Source: Vicugna vicugna
Lineage: Eukaryota
Assembly (NCBI GenBank): GCA_013265495.1
Contig: MU059330.1
Span: 13,711,980 to 13,775,979, forward strand
Reading direction: 5' to 3'
Length of the DNA: 64,000 bases
Every line of letters starts with the position of its first letter. Within the stretch, counting starts at the first letter, position 1. A program made the position numbers and the translations under genes. Under the pieces are notes generated by a model, which made no database searches, was not told the origin of the DNA, and saw only the letters and a program-made list of their open reading frames with translations. Below are positions 1 through 12,056 of this stretch, in pieces.

Positions 1-714
1 TCTGACTGTGCCCACCGCGGTCGGAGCGTGTTTTCTTACGATTTAATCTTTTCTCTCTTCCTGGGACTTGTTTTAAGGCCCAGCACGGTCTCTCTTGATA
101 AATGTTCGCCGTTTTCTTTTAAAAAGAGGAGAAAAGGCCAATTAGAAATCCTATGTCCAAGTGAGAATCTTGGGGAAAAATAGAAAATTGATCCTTCTTG
201 AGAGACTATTAAGTTAAAGCTTGGCGTCTGCTGCCTTCCCAGGGTCGGTTGCTCATGCTGTCAGCTTGCCCGTCAGGACTTCGTGGGAGCAGAGGGACGC
301 ACAGTGGGAGCTCCGGGGCTCACACGCGTGCCCGCTGGGGGGCGGCAAGGATGAGGTTGTGCGGCCCTGAACGTGGTGTTGGCAGCAGGCGCCCATAGGT
401 GGACGCTGCGTCCTTCATGGAAGTGATTGCCTGGAGTGTTTCCGTGTCAAACCAGGGAAGACACACAAAGGTGAGCTGGCGAAATCCCCCACCTTCTCAG
501 GCCCACACTCCCAGCATCGCTGGGCTCAGCTTCTTGGCTTCAGACACGTGTGTTGTGAAAATCCGCCCACAAAACCTGGGCCCGGACCGAGGCTCAGGGC
601 AGCCCGGCCCCGCCTGGCCAGCAGAAGGAGTGCGGGGCGGCTCCTCTGCCGCGTCTCGGCTGCTTGAGGAACACCGCGGCGACGGGGGTGTCGATGTCAC
701 TGCGTCTGGATAAA

Positions 715-1000
715 TAATTTAATTCTTTTAGGAACGCTCACACTGTTTTGGATAGTGGCTGCACCAATTTACCCCCCCACCAAAAGTGAACAAGGGCACC
801 CTTTTCCCCACATCCTCGCCAGCACGTGTTATTGGCAGTCTCTTTGGTAGCAGCCATCCGGACAGGCGTGGGCTGGTGCCTCATGCGGCCGTGACTTGTG
901 TTTCCCTGGTGATCAGAGGTGCCGGGCACCCTTCCCCGCGCCAGCTGGCCGTCGGCATGTCGTCTCTGAAACGACGTCTGTTCAGGCTTTGCCCACTCGC
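715..1000 (-). mobile_element. L1 ORF2 3' region relic (antisense), strongly GC-shifted
   Basis: ttttaggaacgctcacactgttttggatagtggctgcaccaatttac...cttttccccacatcctcgccagcac...ggccgtcggcatgtcgtctctgaaacgacgtctgttcagg follows the mammalian L1 ORF2 C-terminal antisense consensus as recalled; boundaries approximate. Confidence 0.75.
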
Positions 1001-3199
1001 TCTTTCCTCCATAGTCCGCCCAAGGTCACAGAGCCCTGCCTCTAACTCTCATTTTTTCAACAAAAAACCTCAGGCGAGCGATGCTACCTTTTAGCGTCTG
1101 GCGACTCTGCTTGTAAATGGGCAGAGTTGCTCAGGAAACGCTGCATGGAGTTAATTTAAGAAATACTTGCCGGCCCACTTGTGCACTCTTTAATTTAGCA
1201 AATACTTGCCAGGTCGCATGGCCCAGATGCCTGTGAGCGCAGGCCCTCCGAACAAACACCAGCTGCTCGTGCCCAGACAGACGCACTGGGGGTCAGTCGT
1301 GTGGCCGTGCACAGCAGGCGGGTGTGCGAAACACAGACAGTGGCTGCAGGAGACGCGTCGGCTCTGCCGGGGGCGCCCAGCCGGGGGGGGGGTGGCGTCA
1401 CGGCCACGGTGCCATCCGAGCCGCGCACTGACGCAGGGAGGAGGCCTGCTGGCGGAGGGCTCGCCTCGGAAAGGAGGCTCACGGCCCCTTCTCGGCTGCG
1501 GGGGCCCACCTCTCAGAGGAGGGCGGGCAGAAGCGTGAAGGAGACCTTTAAGCCCACGGGGGTGAGAGCGAGAGCAGGGCAGCCCGGACCCAGGGGGAGG
1601 GAAGCTCGCAGACGCGCCCGCCCCCGCCCCCGCCGCACAGGCGGCCGCTGCCCTTGTCCGGTTTGGTTTTCTCTTCTCGGTGAATGAAAAGGGAAGGAAA
1701 AGGGGGACAGAAGAGCAAAGCGGAACATTAAGGAAAAGAGGATGAACTGAACCTCCTGGCTAATCAGAGGGAAATCGGGTAGAGAAACACACGCCGCGAG
1801 GTCATCTCACGGCCGGGCACTCAGAGTCTCACTTAGACTTTTGGAACGACTGTCCCCAAGGCTCCCAGAGCCGCGCGCGGGCCGGTGACACCCGGCGCCC
1901 CGTCCTGCCCAAAGCTGGGTCTGCGTGAGCCCCACTGAAGCCCGAGACAGCATGGACGCAGCTGCGTGTTGTGCTTTTATTCGCCTCCTTTGCGTCCTGC
2001 TCCCAGATGCACATCCTACTTAATTTGGAATTAACCTTTCTATGTAAAACATTCTAATACTCAGTGAACAGCAGTGACTTTTTCTGCTGTCAGGTGAGGC
2101 AGGCGGCGCTGGCTGCTTCGCCCAGTGTCAGTTCCAATCCTCCCGTCTCTCTGCCCCGCCTCCCATTTAAGAGAAAACTTTCAAGGCCAGAACCCTGGTT
2201 CCCAACACTGCCTGCAGCTAGACTTTTCCACGGCACCAGCTGCAGTCCGACTGTGGGAGAGGAAGGTGCCCTTACCCTTGGCAAGGGTCTGGGCAAGCTC
2301 ACGGGCCTGCCCCCCACCCGAGCGAGGTCGCAAGCTCTGTGACTGCGGCCGCTTCCACTGACCGGGCGCCCACCAGCACGGGAAGGGGACCCGCTCGCGG
2401 CAGCGCCGCCCCTAGCAGCCGACACTCGCCTCACGGAAGGAAAAGTAAAGCCCTGTCATTCTGAGCCGCTGGGCATCCATTGCCTGGCCGGCGCCGTGAA
2501 GTAAGACGAGAAGGTCGCATTTGTCTGACTCTGCAGCAAACCCGGGCAAAGCCCCAGCTGGCCACTGACCAGCGTCCCATCAAAGACCCAAGGGAGAACC
2601 ATCCAACCTGGTGGGTAGCCCACGGCACCGCAGGCGAGGACGACTCATTCTTTCAGGCAGCGAAGTTTTGAGATGACTTGTCATAAACTAATACCTGACT
2701 GGGGGGGCCCTGGTGATCTGGGGGGAGTTTCTTACTTTCTGAATAGCAAGCAGCCCTGGGCTCTCCCTGCGTCAGCCCGGGCCAGCCTGTCCTCCGGGCG
2801 CCGCGGCTCCTCTGCGGGGCAAAGGCGATTAGACGCTGAGATCCGGGCGGCGGGTGTGTTCACTGCTCCTGACGTGCCAGCACACTGAGAGTCTCTCAGC
2901 AGACAGACCTAGGAGAGACTTGGATTCAGATACAGACACAGGTAAGTGCACAAACATATCTATTTCTCCATCTGTAAGAATAAATTTATGAGTTCACTGA
3001 TAATGCCTCTAATTGCGATCCAAAACCACAGGGAGCATTCTAGACATAGAACTCCCTTCTCCTACAAACACTGACTCCCATTTTCCCAAAATACATTCTC
3101 CTTTGCTGAGTGAAGCATGGAAAACACGGAAAGTGGTTTCAGGTATGTTAGCCCATCGAGGTGATAAAAGCAAGGCTATAAGCAGAGTTCAATGCGTGC

Positions 3200-3790
3200 A
3201 GGTTTTCTTTGTTTTAGTCACAAGTTACATACGGTGAGGTGCACAGTTCCCAGGTGTACAATGCGATGGGCTTTGACAGGTGCACGCGCCATGCGGACCG
3301 TAACAACACTGCACATGCCCGCTGCCTCCAAAGCCCCCCCCACCCCGCCTCACAGCCACCACGAGGCAAACTTTTCTGATTGTTGTCACCGCAGATTAGT
3401 GTTTCCTGTCTTCGTGTGGCAGGGCCTCGTGCAGCAGATTCGTGCAGTCTGGCTTTTTGTCTCTGACTCTTTTGCTGAGCCCGACGTCCGTCCGCTTCAC
3501 CCACGTGATCACGAGGTTAGGTAGCTTGTTCCTTGTCTTCTGCTCTGTTATTCCCTTGCACAAACGTCACAGTCTGTTCATTCGCTTTTCTCTTTATGAA
3601 CATTGGGACTGTTTCCAGTTGGCGGCTGTTATGAATAAAGTCCTGTGAACTTTTTTGTGCAAGTCTGTTTGTCAAAATAAACTTTTATTTCTTTTGGGAA
3701 AATACCTGGCAGTGCGGCACCGAAGTCACAGGTAACTGCATGTTTTATTAGGGCCTGCCAATCTCCAAAGAGCAGAAGGGTGTATTGTGA
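3200..3790 (-). mobile_element. Old L1M 3' end relic (antisense)
   Basis: Characteristic blocks: gtgcacagttcccaggtgtacaatgcgatgggctttgacagg, cattgggactgtttccagttggcggctgttatgaataaag, tttcttttgggaaaatacctggcagtg. Confidence 0.7.
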
Positions 3791-5109
3791 GGGGCCCGGG
3801 TCAGTGGGCTCTGAGTTGTATGAGCCCCTCCAGGGAGGAGGGGTGGTGAGACCCCCTACTTGTCGCTGAACTGGACAGATGTCGTGGGCAACCCTGGGAC
3901 AGACGGCTTGCCAGTGGCGACTGGGGTGGGGGACAATCCCGTGGGCCTGAGCCCGTCCCCGTGGGGCCGGGCGCCGCCCCAGGCAGATGGGGTCGGGGCT
4001 GAGTGAGACTCGAGTCCCCCGGCTGGTGCCGCAGGATGGCCTCTGCCTGGGGAGTCGGGTGGTTCGGGGGACACGGCAGGAGGGCGAGCCTTTCCCTCCC
4101 AGGGGACGCCCCGCACCGTCTTCTGGAACTTCCCTTTGCTTATAAAATGAAGGCTGCAAACAATTGTGAAATGCTTCAGGACCACCCTTGCAAAAGAAAC
4201 TTAACCAAATCTACCTGAATTAATAGTTCACCGGCCAGCAAACAGGTAATGAAAACTAGGTCAAATGGAAGTAACAGAGTTAAGTGCCGGGAATGAATTA
4301 ATCCACTCAGAGCCATCTTCCGGTGAAACCTGCTCTGAGCCTTTGTCCCCTCTGGCGTGCGGCGGTGGGTGCGGGCCCTGCCTGGCCCAGCACGGGCGGG
4401 GTGCGTGGGGCATGGGGCCTCAGACAGCCCACCGAGTCCGTGCACCCGCGGGCGGGCGGGAGGCGCACAAGCCAGCGGGGCAGGGGACACGGCCGTGTCT
4501 CAAGCGGCTTCTCCCCATGCCGCACAGATGCAGAGCTGCACACACTCATCTCCGAGGCAGGCCCTGGCCTCACCTCCAGCCTGGCTGGGGCCAGGGGGCC
4601 GGCAGGGACGTGGTGACCGGCCGTTGGTCGCTCTCCCTTCAGAGAAGCAGAACCAGCTCCCCCCACGCGAGGACGGATTGACTTCACATCAGAAAGGGCC
4701 CTCGGACCCACCTGACCCCTCGCTGACTTCCCTGCCCGCCATCACCGCCCACAGGCAGAGCAGAAGCCAGGGTGGCCGCGCCCAGCCCGCCACCACCCCT
4801 TCCTGACACCCAGGCCTGAGTGCCACGGGCTCGCTGGACTCCGGAAACCGGGAGGGGCTGCAACCGCCCAGCAGACAAGCCAGCCACGCCAGCCCTCCCC
4901 GCGGCCCCCACCCTCAGTCAGCCGGGCCCTGTGGCTGAGGACGTCCTGACCCGGCTGACACCCCCTCCCCGGTCACCACTCTCCCGGCACTGGCCACGCG
5001 TGCACACGGGGCGCCGCCCCCAGGCTGGCCCACAGGGTCTGCCAAGCCCCCACCAGCTCCTCTGCCCCCTCTCTGGCTTTGTTCTGCAAGACACAAGCTG
5101 CAAAGAGGT

Positions 5110-5170
5110 TTTAATCCCTCACTTTTAAAATGTCCCAATTTGGGTGATAAAATGCAGGGGTCACTCACGC
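5110..5170. mobile_element. Possible hAT-type MITE fragment
   Basis: cacttttaaaatgtcccaatttgggtgataaaatgcaggggtcactc resembles the end of a mammalian hAT MITE (recalled: aaaagtgtcccagtttggatgataaattatatggtcaccct); short and degenerate. Confidence 0.35.
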
Positions 5171-5739
5171 ACCCAGTGGGATTAAATCCCACTTTTCTTT
5201 TTAAAGATGGGATTAAAATGCAGAGCGTTATTTGACAAGTGGAAAGTGGAGCGATGGCAAAAGTTAGAAGTAAAAGTTATCTGCACGGAGGAAAAGAAAT
5301 GAAGTATTTCTGTGCAATAATTTGTTAAACCTTGCAAGAATTAGAAGAATGCGTGGAAATGTGCTTAGAGATGCCCGTAAGACTCACACAGATATAAAGG
5401 GGGACTAAAAGCCCCACGCTGGTCCCTCAGCCGCCCCGTTCAGGTGGCGTGAGGAGTCGGAGGGGGACGTCATCACATGAGTGGGACCAGGGTGTTCACC
5501 CCTCGGAGAGTCGTCACCCCAGGGCTGCTTTTCTGCAGAGAACACACTGTTTCGGGGACTTGGTTTAAAGTCATAATTACTATGCAAATAGACACACAGG
5601 GAAGTCACAAAATGAAAACCCTAAATGTGCCTCTGGATTTACATCTGATTTGCAACTATCACCAATGCGTCCGGGAGCATCTCGTAACGTTAGAGGGATC
5701 ACCGTGCGGGTTTCCTTTTATCAGTTAAGCATTTCCTTA

Positions 5740-6300
5740 AGCACCAGTTTTATTTACAATGTAGTGAATGAAATTTTCTTAAAACCTGAAACACGCTATC
5801 CAAAGGCCCCTGGGGTCCTTCCTGCAGGCCCTGAATCCGTGAGAATTTACCCCCCTAACAAGAGGAAGTTGCCCTACGTTGAGGCAATCTGTTGCAAAGG
5901 TCTCTGAAATAATGTGCCAGCACCGTGTCTTAGACTCTTGCTGACAAAATGCAGCCTGAACAACCTTCAGATTTCCGCAAATAACAAGCCCGTGTCTCTC
6001 GCTGAGGGTCTGCTGTTCAGCTGGGGGCGCTGCTCAGGCTGCGGGTGATGCCCCGTCCACTCCCTGGAATTTAACACCCAGGGTCCAGCGCTCACGGGAG
6101 GCCAAGCCCACGTCGAAGTGTCCTCACTGGCCTGGAGCCCGGGAAGAGGCTGCCCTGGTGGAGAAGGAACAATTCCGCAGCAGGGAGGGCGTGGGGACTG
6201 GACCAGTTGTTCACCCCCCGCCACCTACGTATCCACAGAACCACCTCCAGGGCCAAACACGGGACAAATGGCATCCAACCGCCACCGAGGGCCCTTTAAC
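5740..6300 (-). other. Candidate terminal exon of an unidentified minus-strand transcript
   Basis: Minus-strand acceptor gtgtgttgtgcgtcttgtcag|GTT at 6301/6300 and AATAAA at 5753-5748; no long or recognisable ORF. Confidence 0.25.
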
Positions 6301-9300
6301 CTGACAAGACGCACAACACACAATGAAGAAACTATCACGTTAGTTGGCTAGACGCCGCAGTAGGAGGCTGTTAGAAACACAAGGAGAAATGTAAATTGAC
6401 ATCAAGAGTTAACAGGTAAGCTCACCCCTCAGCCGCCGCAGACCAAGTGGAGCCGCCGCAGTCCAACGGCCGATGGGAAACACGATAAATAAACTGTAAG
6501 TCAGCAGCTGGGAGGAAACTGCTTTCTAAAGGCGACGGCAGCTCCTCCATCACTTGGAACGACAGCCAAATGTTTGCAGAAGAGAGTCGTGTACTAGTTT
6601 TCAGAGACCCCTGATGAGCTTATGGAATGACACCCGTCGACCGCAGGCCGGAGAAAGCAAGCTAGCGAAACCAGTCACAGGGGTTAGAATACAGCCCAGC
6701 TCCGAAATCTGAAGGACAGAATCCTGACTCACGTTCCAAAGAGAAGACAAAGACTCCTACTAAGGCTAACTGAAAAGCAAAGTGAGAACCTCGCACGTGG
6801 ACATGAGCGGGAAGGGCGAAAGCTGAACTCAGAGAAAACGGATCTGTGAATGCTTTTATAATTAAGAAAAAGAAACAAGTTATTGTGGGTTTTCCCTGCT
6901 GAATTTTCACAAGCTTTTTGGGAACGCAGCGCTCCATGCTTGGCAGAACCCAGGGAGAAGGAAGTCCCTCCGACCAACTCACGAGGCCCCCGTAACCTGG
7001 GTGCTAAAACCTTACGCATCCAAAGGGCACTACGGTCAGACATTTCTTAAGAGCATGTTGGTTCCAATACATTTTGTGTTTTCCTGACTTTCTCTAATGA
7101 GCATGTATTCCTTCCACAATAAAAGTAGTAAATTCTCCGAACAGTGAACACGCTGGGAGGCATGGGATGCGCGCGGCACCACTCAGAGGGCGCCAGAAAG
7201 GGAGTCCTTTATCTCCTGGCCCGCGTGCCCGCCGTCCGCAGGGCACGTAACACGGCGCTCAGACTCTCTCTGCGCGCTCCTCTGAGGGCAGCTGTGTTGT
7301 GTGCGCGTCGAGCGCGGCGCCAGGACCCAGGCCTGCAGGAGCCCTGGGCGGGGGGCTGACAAGCCCTGTCCACCTCCTCCTTGGTGACCCGCCTGGAACG
7401 GGGTGGACCCAGCCTCCCTGAAGGGCTGCAGGCTCTATGCCTCCATGAGCCCGTCCCTCGTCCTGTCCTGACCAGAGGGGCTTCAGCAGGACACGTGGCG
7501 GACATGACGCCAGGTCTCTGACTCAGAGCTCCTGCCCTCTCGGGCTCCGGGACACTGATCTGGGCACGGGGACCCGGCAGCCCCTGGGGGCGACAGGACG
7601 CCACGCTTTGCCCTCTGTTTAAACAAGCACAGGATTCTCATATATTCAGCCACCACGTTTTCACTTCCCTTCACGTGCCTAAGACCAGGGGACAGTCTCT
7701 CACGTCCCCTGACTCGGGCCCCCAGCGAGGCTGTGGGTGAGGCTCACAGCCACACCTGCAGGGACAGGACCCCACCTGCCACCAAGTGTGGCGGGCGGAC
7801 CCACCCAGCTTCCAAATGCATGTCACCACTTGGCTGTACAGCGTCTCCAAAACCGTGTTCTCTGGCTTCATATTGCGCCCAAGTTGCTTTTCACCGTTTC
7901 TACACGAAACACCACGCTATTCACCGTTTCGAAACACCACGCTGCAGGGAGGAATCCTTCGCACAGCATTTACAAAGCACTCGAAGGAGAACAGCTTAAA
8001 TGCGTAAACCACTTTCACAGGTCTGTCCTGACGGCCTGACAACACAGTTTCTAAACAAAGTTCCAGGCCGCTACAGGGATGTAACGCGAACAACTTGCTT
8101 TGCCGTCGCGGGGGTGGCATCGGAGGCCGGATTTATCTTCTCTCCGTGGGCCCTGCTCGTCTCAGTTTGGAAACGGGCAGCGGGACTGAAGGAAGGCAGA
8201 GTGAGTCCCCAGCACTAATGCCGTGGCTTTCCAAGCGCTTACCTGCTAGTGATGAAAAACGGTTGTGCCCACCCAGTTAATCACCTCGGAGACGGCACTA
8301 ACTCAAATTACAAAACTATCTAGGTGTTAGCCCATGTCGTCAAGCTCCATGCCACTGAATAGAAGCACATGGCATCTCTCAGCTTCCCCAGCCCCCGCTT
8401 TTGGGGTGATTTGCACCAGGACCTCGTATTTGTCTGTGTCCGCAGTTTGGAGAATGCACCTCATTTGCTAGTAGCCAGAGACGGACCTCCTCACACAGAC
8501 CCCTGGGGCCACGCAGGTTGGAAGTGATCAGGAGACAAGCTTATAATGAGGGTAATTCCGATCAGGTTGAATTACGTAAAGTCGTGAGCAGATGAGGCAG
8601 GGTCTGCGCAGCAGGGGCTCCAGCATGGAGTGCCCAGTGCCAGCAGAGGGGCAGGCCGTGTCACCAACCATGCCATCAGCCACTGGCTCCCCGCTTAGAG
8701 ACCTCCGTGTCACCGAAACACAGAAGTCCCAGGGGGATGTCTCCATGAAAAGGTTGTATATTGGGGATTAGCTACCCAGTCATGAGGTGTGTCACTCGCT
8801 TGTTCCACAGCTATATTAAGCTCTCTGTCCCTTTACAGAGCCAGCTCTCAATTATCCATCACAAGCAAAGTTCAGTGGCAGGAACCCAGCTGACAGGCAA
8901 TTAAATACAATGTACATTTAGCTTTAAAATGAACTGCACAGTGGAAACAAGAAAAAGACACCTTGTAGGTTATTAAGTTACCAAAAGTTTAAATGGCATT
9001 TTTAAATTGTTACAAAAGCAACATATTTGAATGTTGACTTTTAAATCAAACAGTGAAACAGCAGCAGAGCCCCTGCCCCAGGGTCGGGCCGCACACTCCC
9101 TGGGAGAGGCCCCTCCAGGCACTGCCGGCTACGCGCTTCTGGTTATTTTTGCCTCCGCACCTCGTGGTGATGTGCTTACAGCACTGTGTTCAGATATCAA
9201 GCTTTGGCTCTATCTGTTGACTTCCCGCCGTGCGACGTGGGCCGTGGGACTCTGGCTCACTACGTTGCCTCTCTGTCTCCACGTCTGACGATTCTCAGCT

Positions 9301-10064
9301 CCGGGGCTGGTCACTTTGTCACTTTAGATCATGCGGTTGGAATTCTACTTCTCGTTCCACTAACTGTGGAGTAAATATTGTTTCCCTGCATCATGAGATG
9401 AGGCTGTAACGTCCCTGATGGTTCCACTTACTCAGCGTCCCTCCGTTGCACCTCCCGAGTTCTCCTCACATGTTACTTTTCTATTGTCACGTTCACTAGT
9501 ATTTCAGCCTGTTCCACAGTCATAATTAAGCATTCTCTGATTTCTGTCTGATTGACTCTAAAGCTTGAAAAGTCAATGAAGCATATGTATGTTTTGAACT
9601 GCTTATGTTACTCACTGCAAAGTGGAATCATGTGCTACAGTTCTATGTCCTTCCTCTAATAGCTTTTTGGTTTCCCTGGAGTTTCTAATTGCTTTGCTTT
9701 TCTTGCTAACTTGCTTTTACCTGGTCCTTAAGATCTAATATTTTAAGGGCATTATCGAATCAGTGAAAAATCCCTCCATCCTCACTTTTTCCTCCCCAGA
9801 GACTTCCCTCCTGGAGATGTCTGTGCTCCTGGACGCACTGCTCTCTACACCTGTCATCCCGGGACTTAAATTTCTCACTGTCCTGAGTTGTATCCATTGT
9901 TCTCCCAGACCCACATCTTCCTGACTCCCTCGTGATTTTGTTGGAGAATACCCTCATACAACATCCTCATGCAACACAGGTCTGCACGGGAGCCATGGAT
10001 AGTGAAGAAGCACACACTGATGCTCTATTTATACCATTCTCACAGCTAACAATTGCTTGATTTG

Positions 10065-10400
10065 TATCTAAGACTGGGCTTCCCTGAGACAAGATATTCA
10101 CTGCAAGCAGGCTTTTTCTGGGGGGAGGGGGGATGCTCCCTGGAGGCCCTGGTAGTGAGGCAGGAAATTGAGGAAAAGAAGAAAACAGAAACCACTATGA
10201 TGTGACTGAACGTGCGGGTAACCGCGGTGAGCCAGTGAGGATGCTGGGAGCGCGTGGTCGCACATCCTCCAGGTTATTCCAGGTGCGGTGATGAGCCAGG
10301 AAGCCCTATCAGGTACCCGGAGAGGGGTGCTCCCGGGAGTGCCGGCTGCCTGGAACTTCCAGCCTGCAGGTTGGCACCGTCGGCCAGAGAAAGCCTTTTA
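10065..10400. mobile_element. ERVL-type LTR relic (LTR16/LTR33-like)
   Basis: tgtatctaagactgggcttccctgagacaagatattcactgcaagcagg...gatgctccctggaggccctggtagtgaggcagg resembles the terminus of these LTRs. Confidence 0.45.
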
Positions 10401-11089
10401 GCAAAGATCTGCAGGTGTCACGGGAGGAAGCGTGCATCTGCTCAGGGAGGGTCCTTGGTGGGGGAGGGTGTGGGAGGACGCCCAGTGTGTCTGCCTCAGC
10501 AGTGCCGCTTCCTGGTTATTTAAAATGTATTCTTAGTTAGAAGATGAATGATCTTCTTGAATTTTCTCTGGGAGTATCAGAGCCATTGACAGTGTTTCCT
10601 TTGGTTTCCCCAGTCGTGTCTCTTCCCCAGAGCCAGGCTGTCCCACTTCCTGGAGGCTGGTGCACGAGCAGGCTTCCCAGCCAGCAGACTTGCTGTGAGG
10701 GAGGGTTGGGTGTGGACCAGTCATCGCAGCAGGAAACTCTCAAGTGCCAGCGTGAGGGGGGCTTCGGGGAGGCACCCACTGCACACACTCCCGTTCTGGC
10801 TCTGATTCTCCCCCAGCGCCTTCCTCAACCTTGTGGAAATGCAGATTTGGGGGAGAAATCAAGTCCTCAGCGCTGGGCACGTTCAGTGAGATGCTCGTTA
10901 GGCCTCCAAGCCAGGCGGCAAGCAGGCGCTGGCTATGGGGGTCTGGACTCGGGGAGAGAGCTCTGAACGGCAGGCACAGCTGCCTGGATGGCTGCTCCAG
11001 GGGTGTTACTTAAAACACGAGGCTGAATGAGACCCACGCGTGCGAGAAAAAGAAGACAGAGAGAAGCCCAAGACCCGAGCTCCAAGGAC

Positions 11090-11520
11090 CAACGAGGAAC
11101 CAGTGAGACTGGATGGCTGAAAATAACAGAAACTCCCTCAGCGTCCGGAGGCTGCCGGCCCAAGACCCGGTGTCCGCAGGGCGGGTCCTCCGAGGCCGTG
11201 GGGGAGGCTGCTCCCCGCAGCCCTCAGCCCCTAGCGTTTGCTGGCGGCACTGAGCGACCTTTGCCTCGGAGCCGCGCCTCCCCAGTCCCCAGCGCCACGG
11301 ACCTCACGCCCTCCTCCTGTGCATGCCTGTCTCCGCGCCCACGTCTCCCCTTCTTGGGAGCACACCACTCGTGCTGGATGAGGGTCCGTCCTAATGGCCT
11401 CCTGCCAACCTGACCACTTCTGCAAAGATCCTACTTTCAAATAAGGTCGCTCCGAGGTCCTGGGGGCTAGGGCCTCAACACAAAGATTTGGAGAAGGGGG
11501 ACACAGTCAGCCCATGACCC
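11090..11520 (-). mobile_element. MaLR LTR (MLT1B/C-like)
   Basis: ggctgaaataacagaaactccctcagcgtccggaggctg...ctgcaaagatcctactttcaaataaggtc...gaggtcctgggggctagggcctcaaca...ggggacacagtcagcccatgac is the typical MLT1 antisense layout. Confidence 0.7.
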
Positions 11521-12056
11521 TTAGCTCGCTCCTCAAACCCAGGCTCACACCCCCTAGTCCCTGGGAAAACACCCCCACCCGGGGCTGCATGGGGAAAGGC
11601 TGCTCCGTCAGGCAGCTGACCATCTGCCACTGCCACTCGGCTTGTACGCTTTCCAAAAGGCACGTTTCAGTTTTCAAAAATTTGCTTATGCCGATCATAT
11701 TTCTACCATTAAATATGTAAATTAATTAAATATTCTACAGTCTCATGAATGTGAAAAGAGAGCTATTCTTTATGAAAATCAAGTTTAAAAACCTGATGCA
11801 TGAAGAAGAAACTTGCTCACAAGAAAAGTGACTTAAAACATTCACTATGAAATTGCCGTTGGATCCAGTAACCATAAAAGATGGGGACAAGCCCTAGGAC
11901 CCCGGCAGGGGTCTCCCCTCAGGCTGTGCTGCGAGTGTTTTGATGTTCTTGACGCCCTTGAAGGAAGCCCAGCTGTAAACAGAAGTCGGTGCCCTTTTTA
12001 TGGAGTAGAAGGAAGACGGGAAAGAGTCTGCTCATCTCCAGCCAGCGGGCTTCCAC

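Noticed and set aside
1151-1212. Direct repeat ttaattta(ag/gc)aaatacttgcc about 40 bp apart
   Set aside because: Too short and isolated; consistent with a trivial local duplication
3205-3240. Plus-strand mini-exon (ttttag|TCAC...ACG|gtgagg)
   Set aside because: It lies at the poly-T end of an antisense L1 relic, which explains the acceptor-like tract
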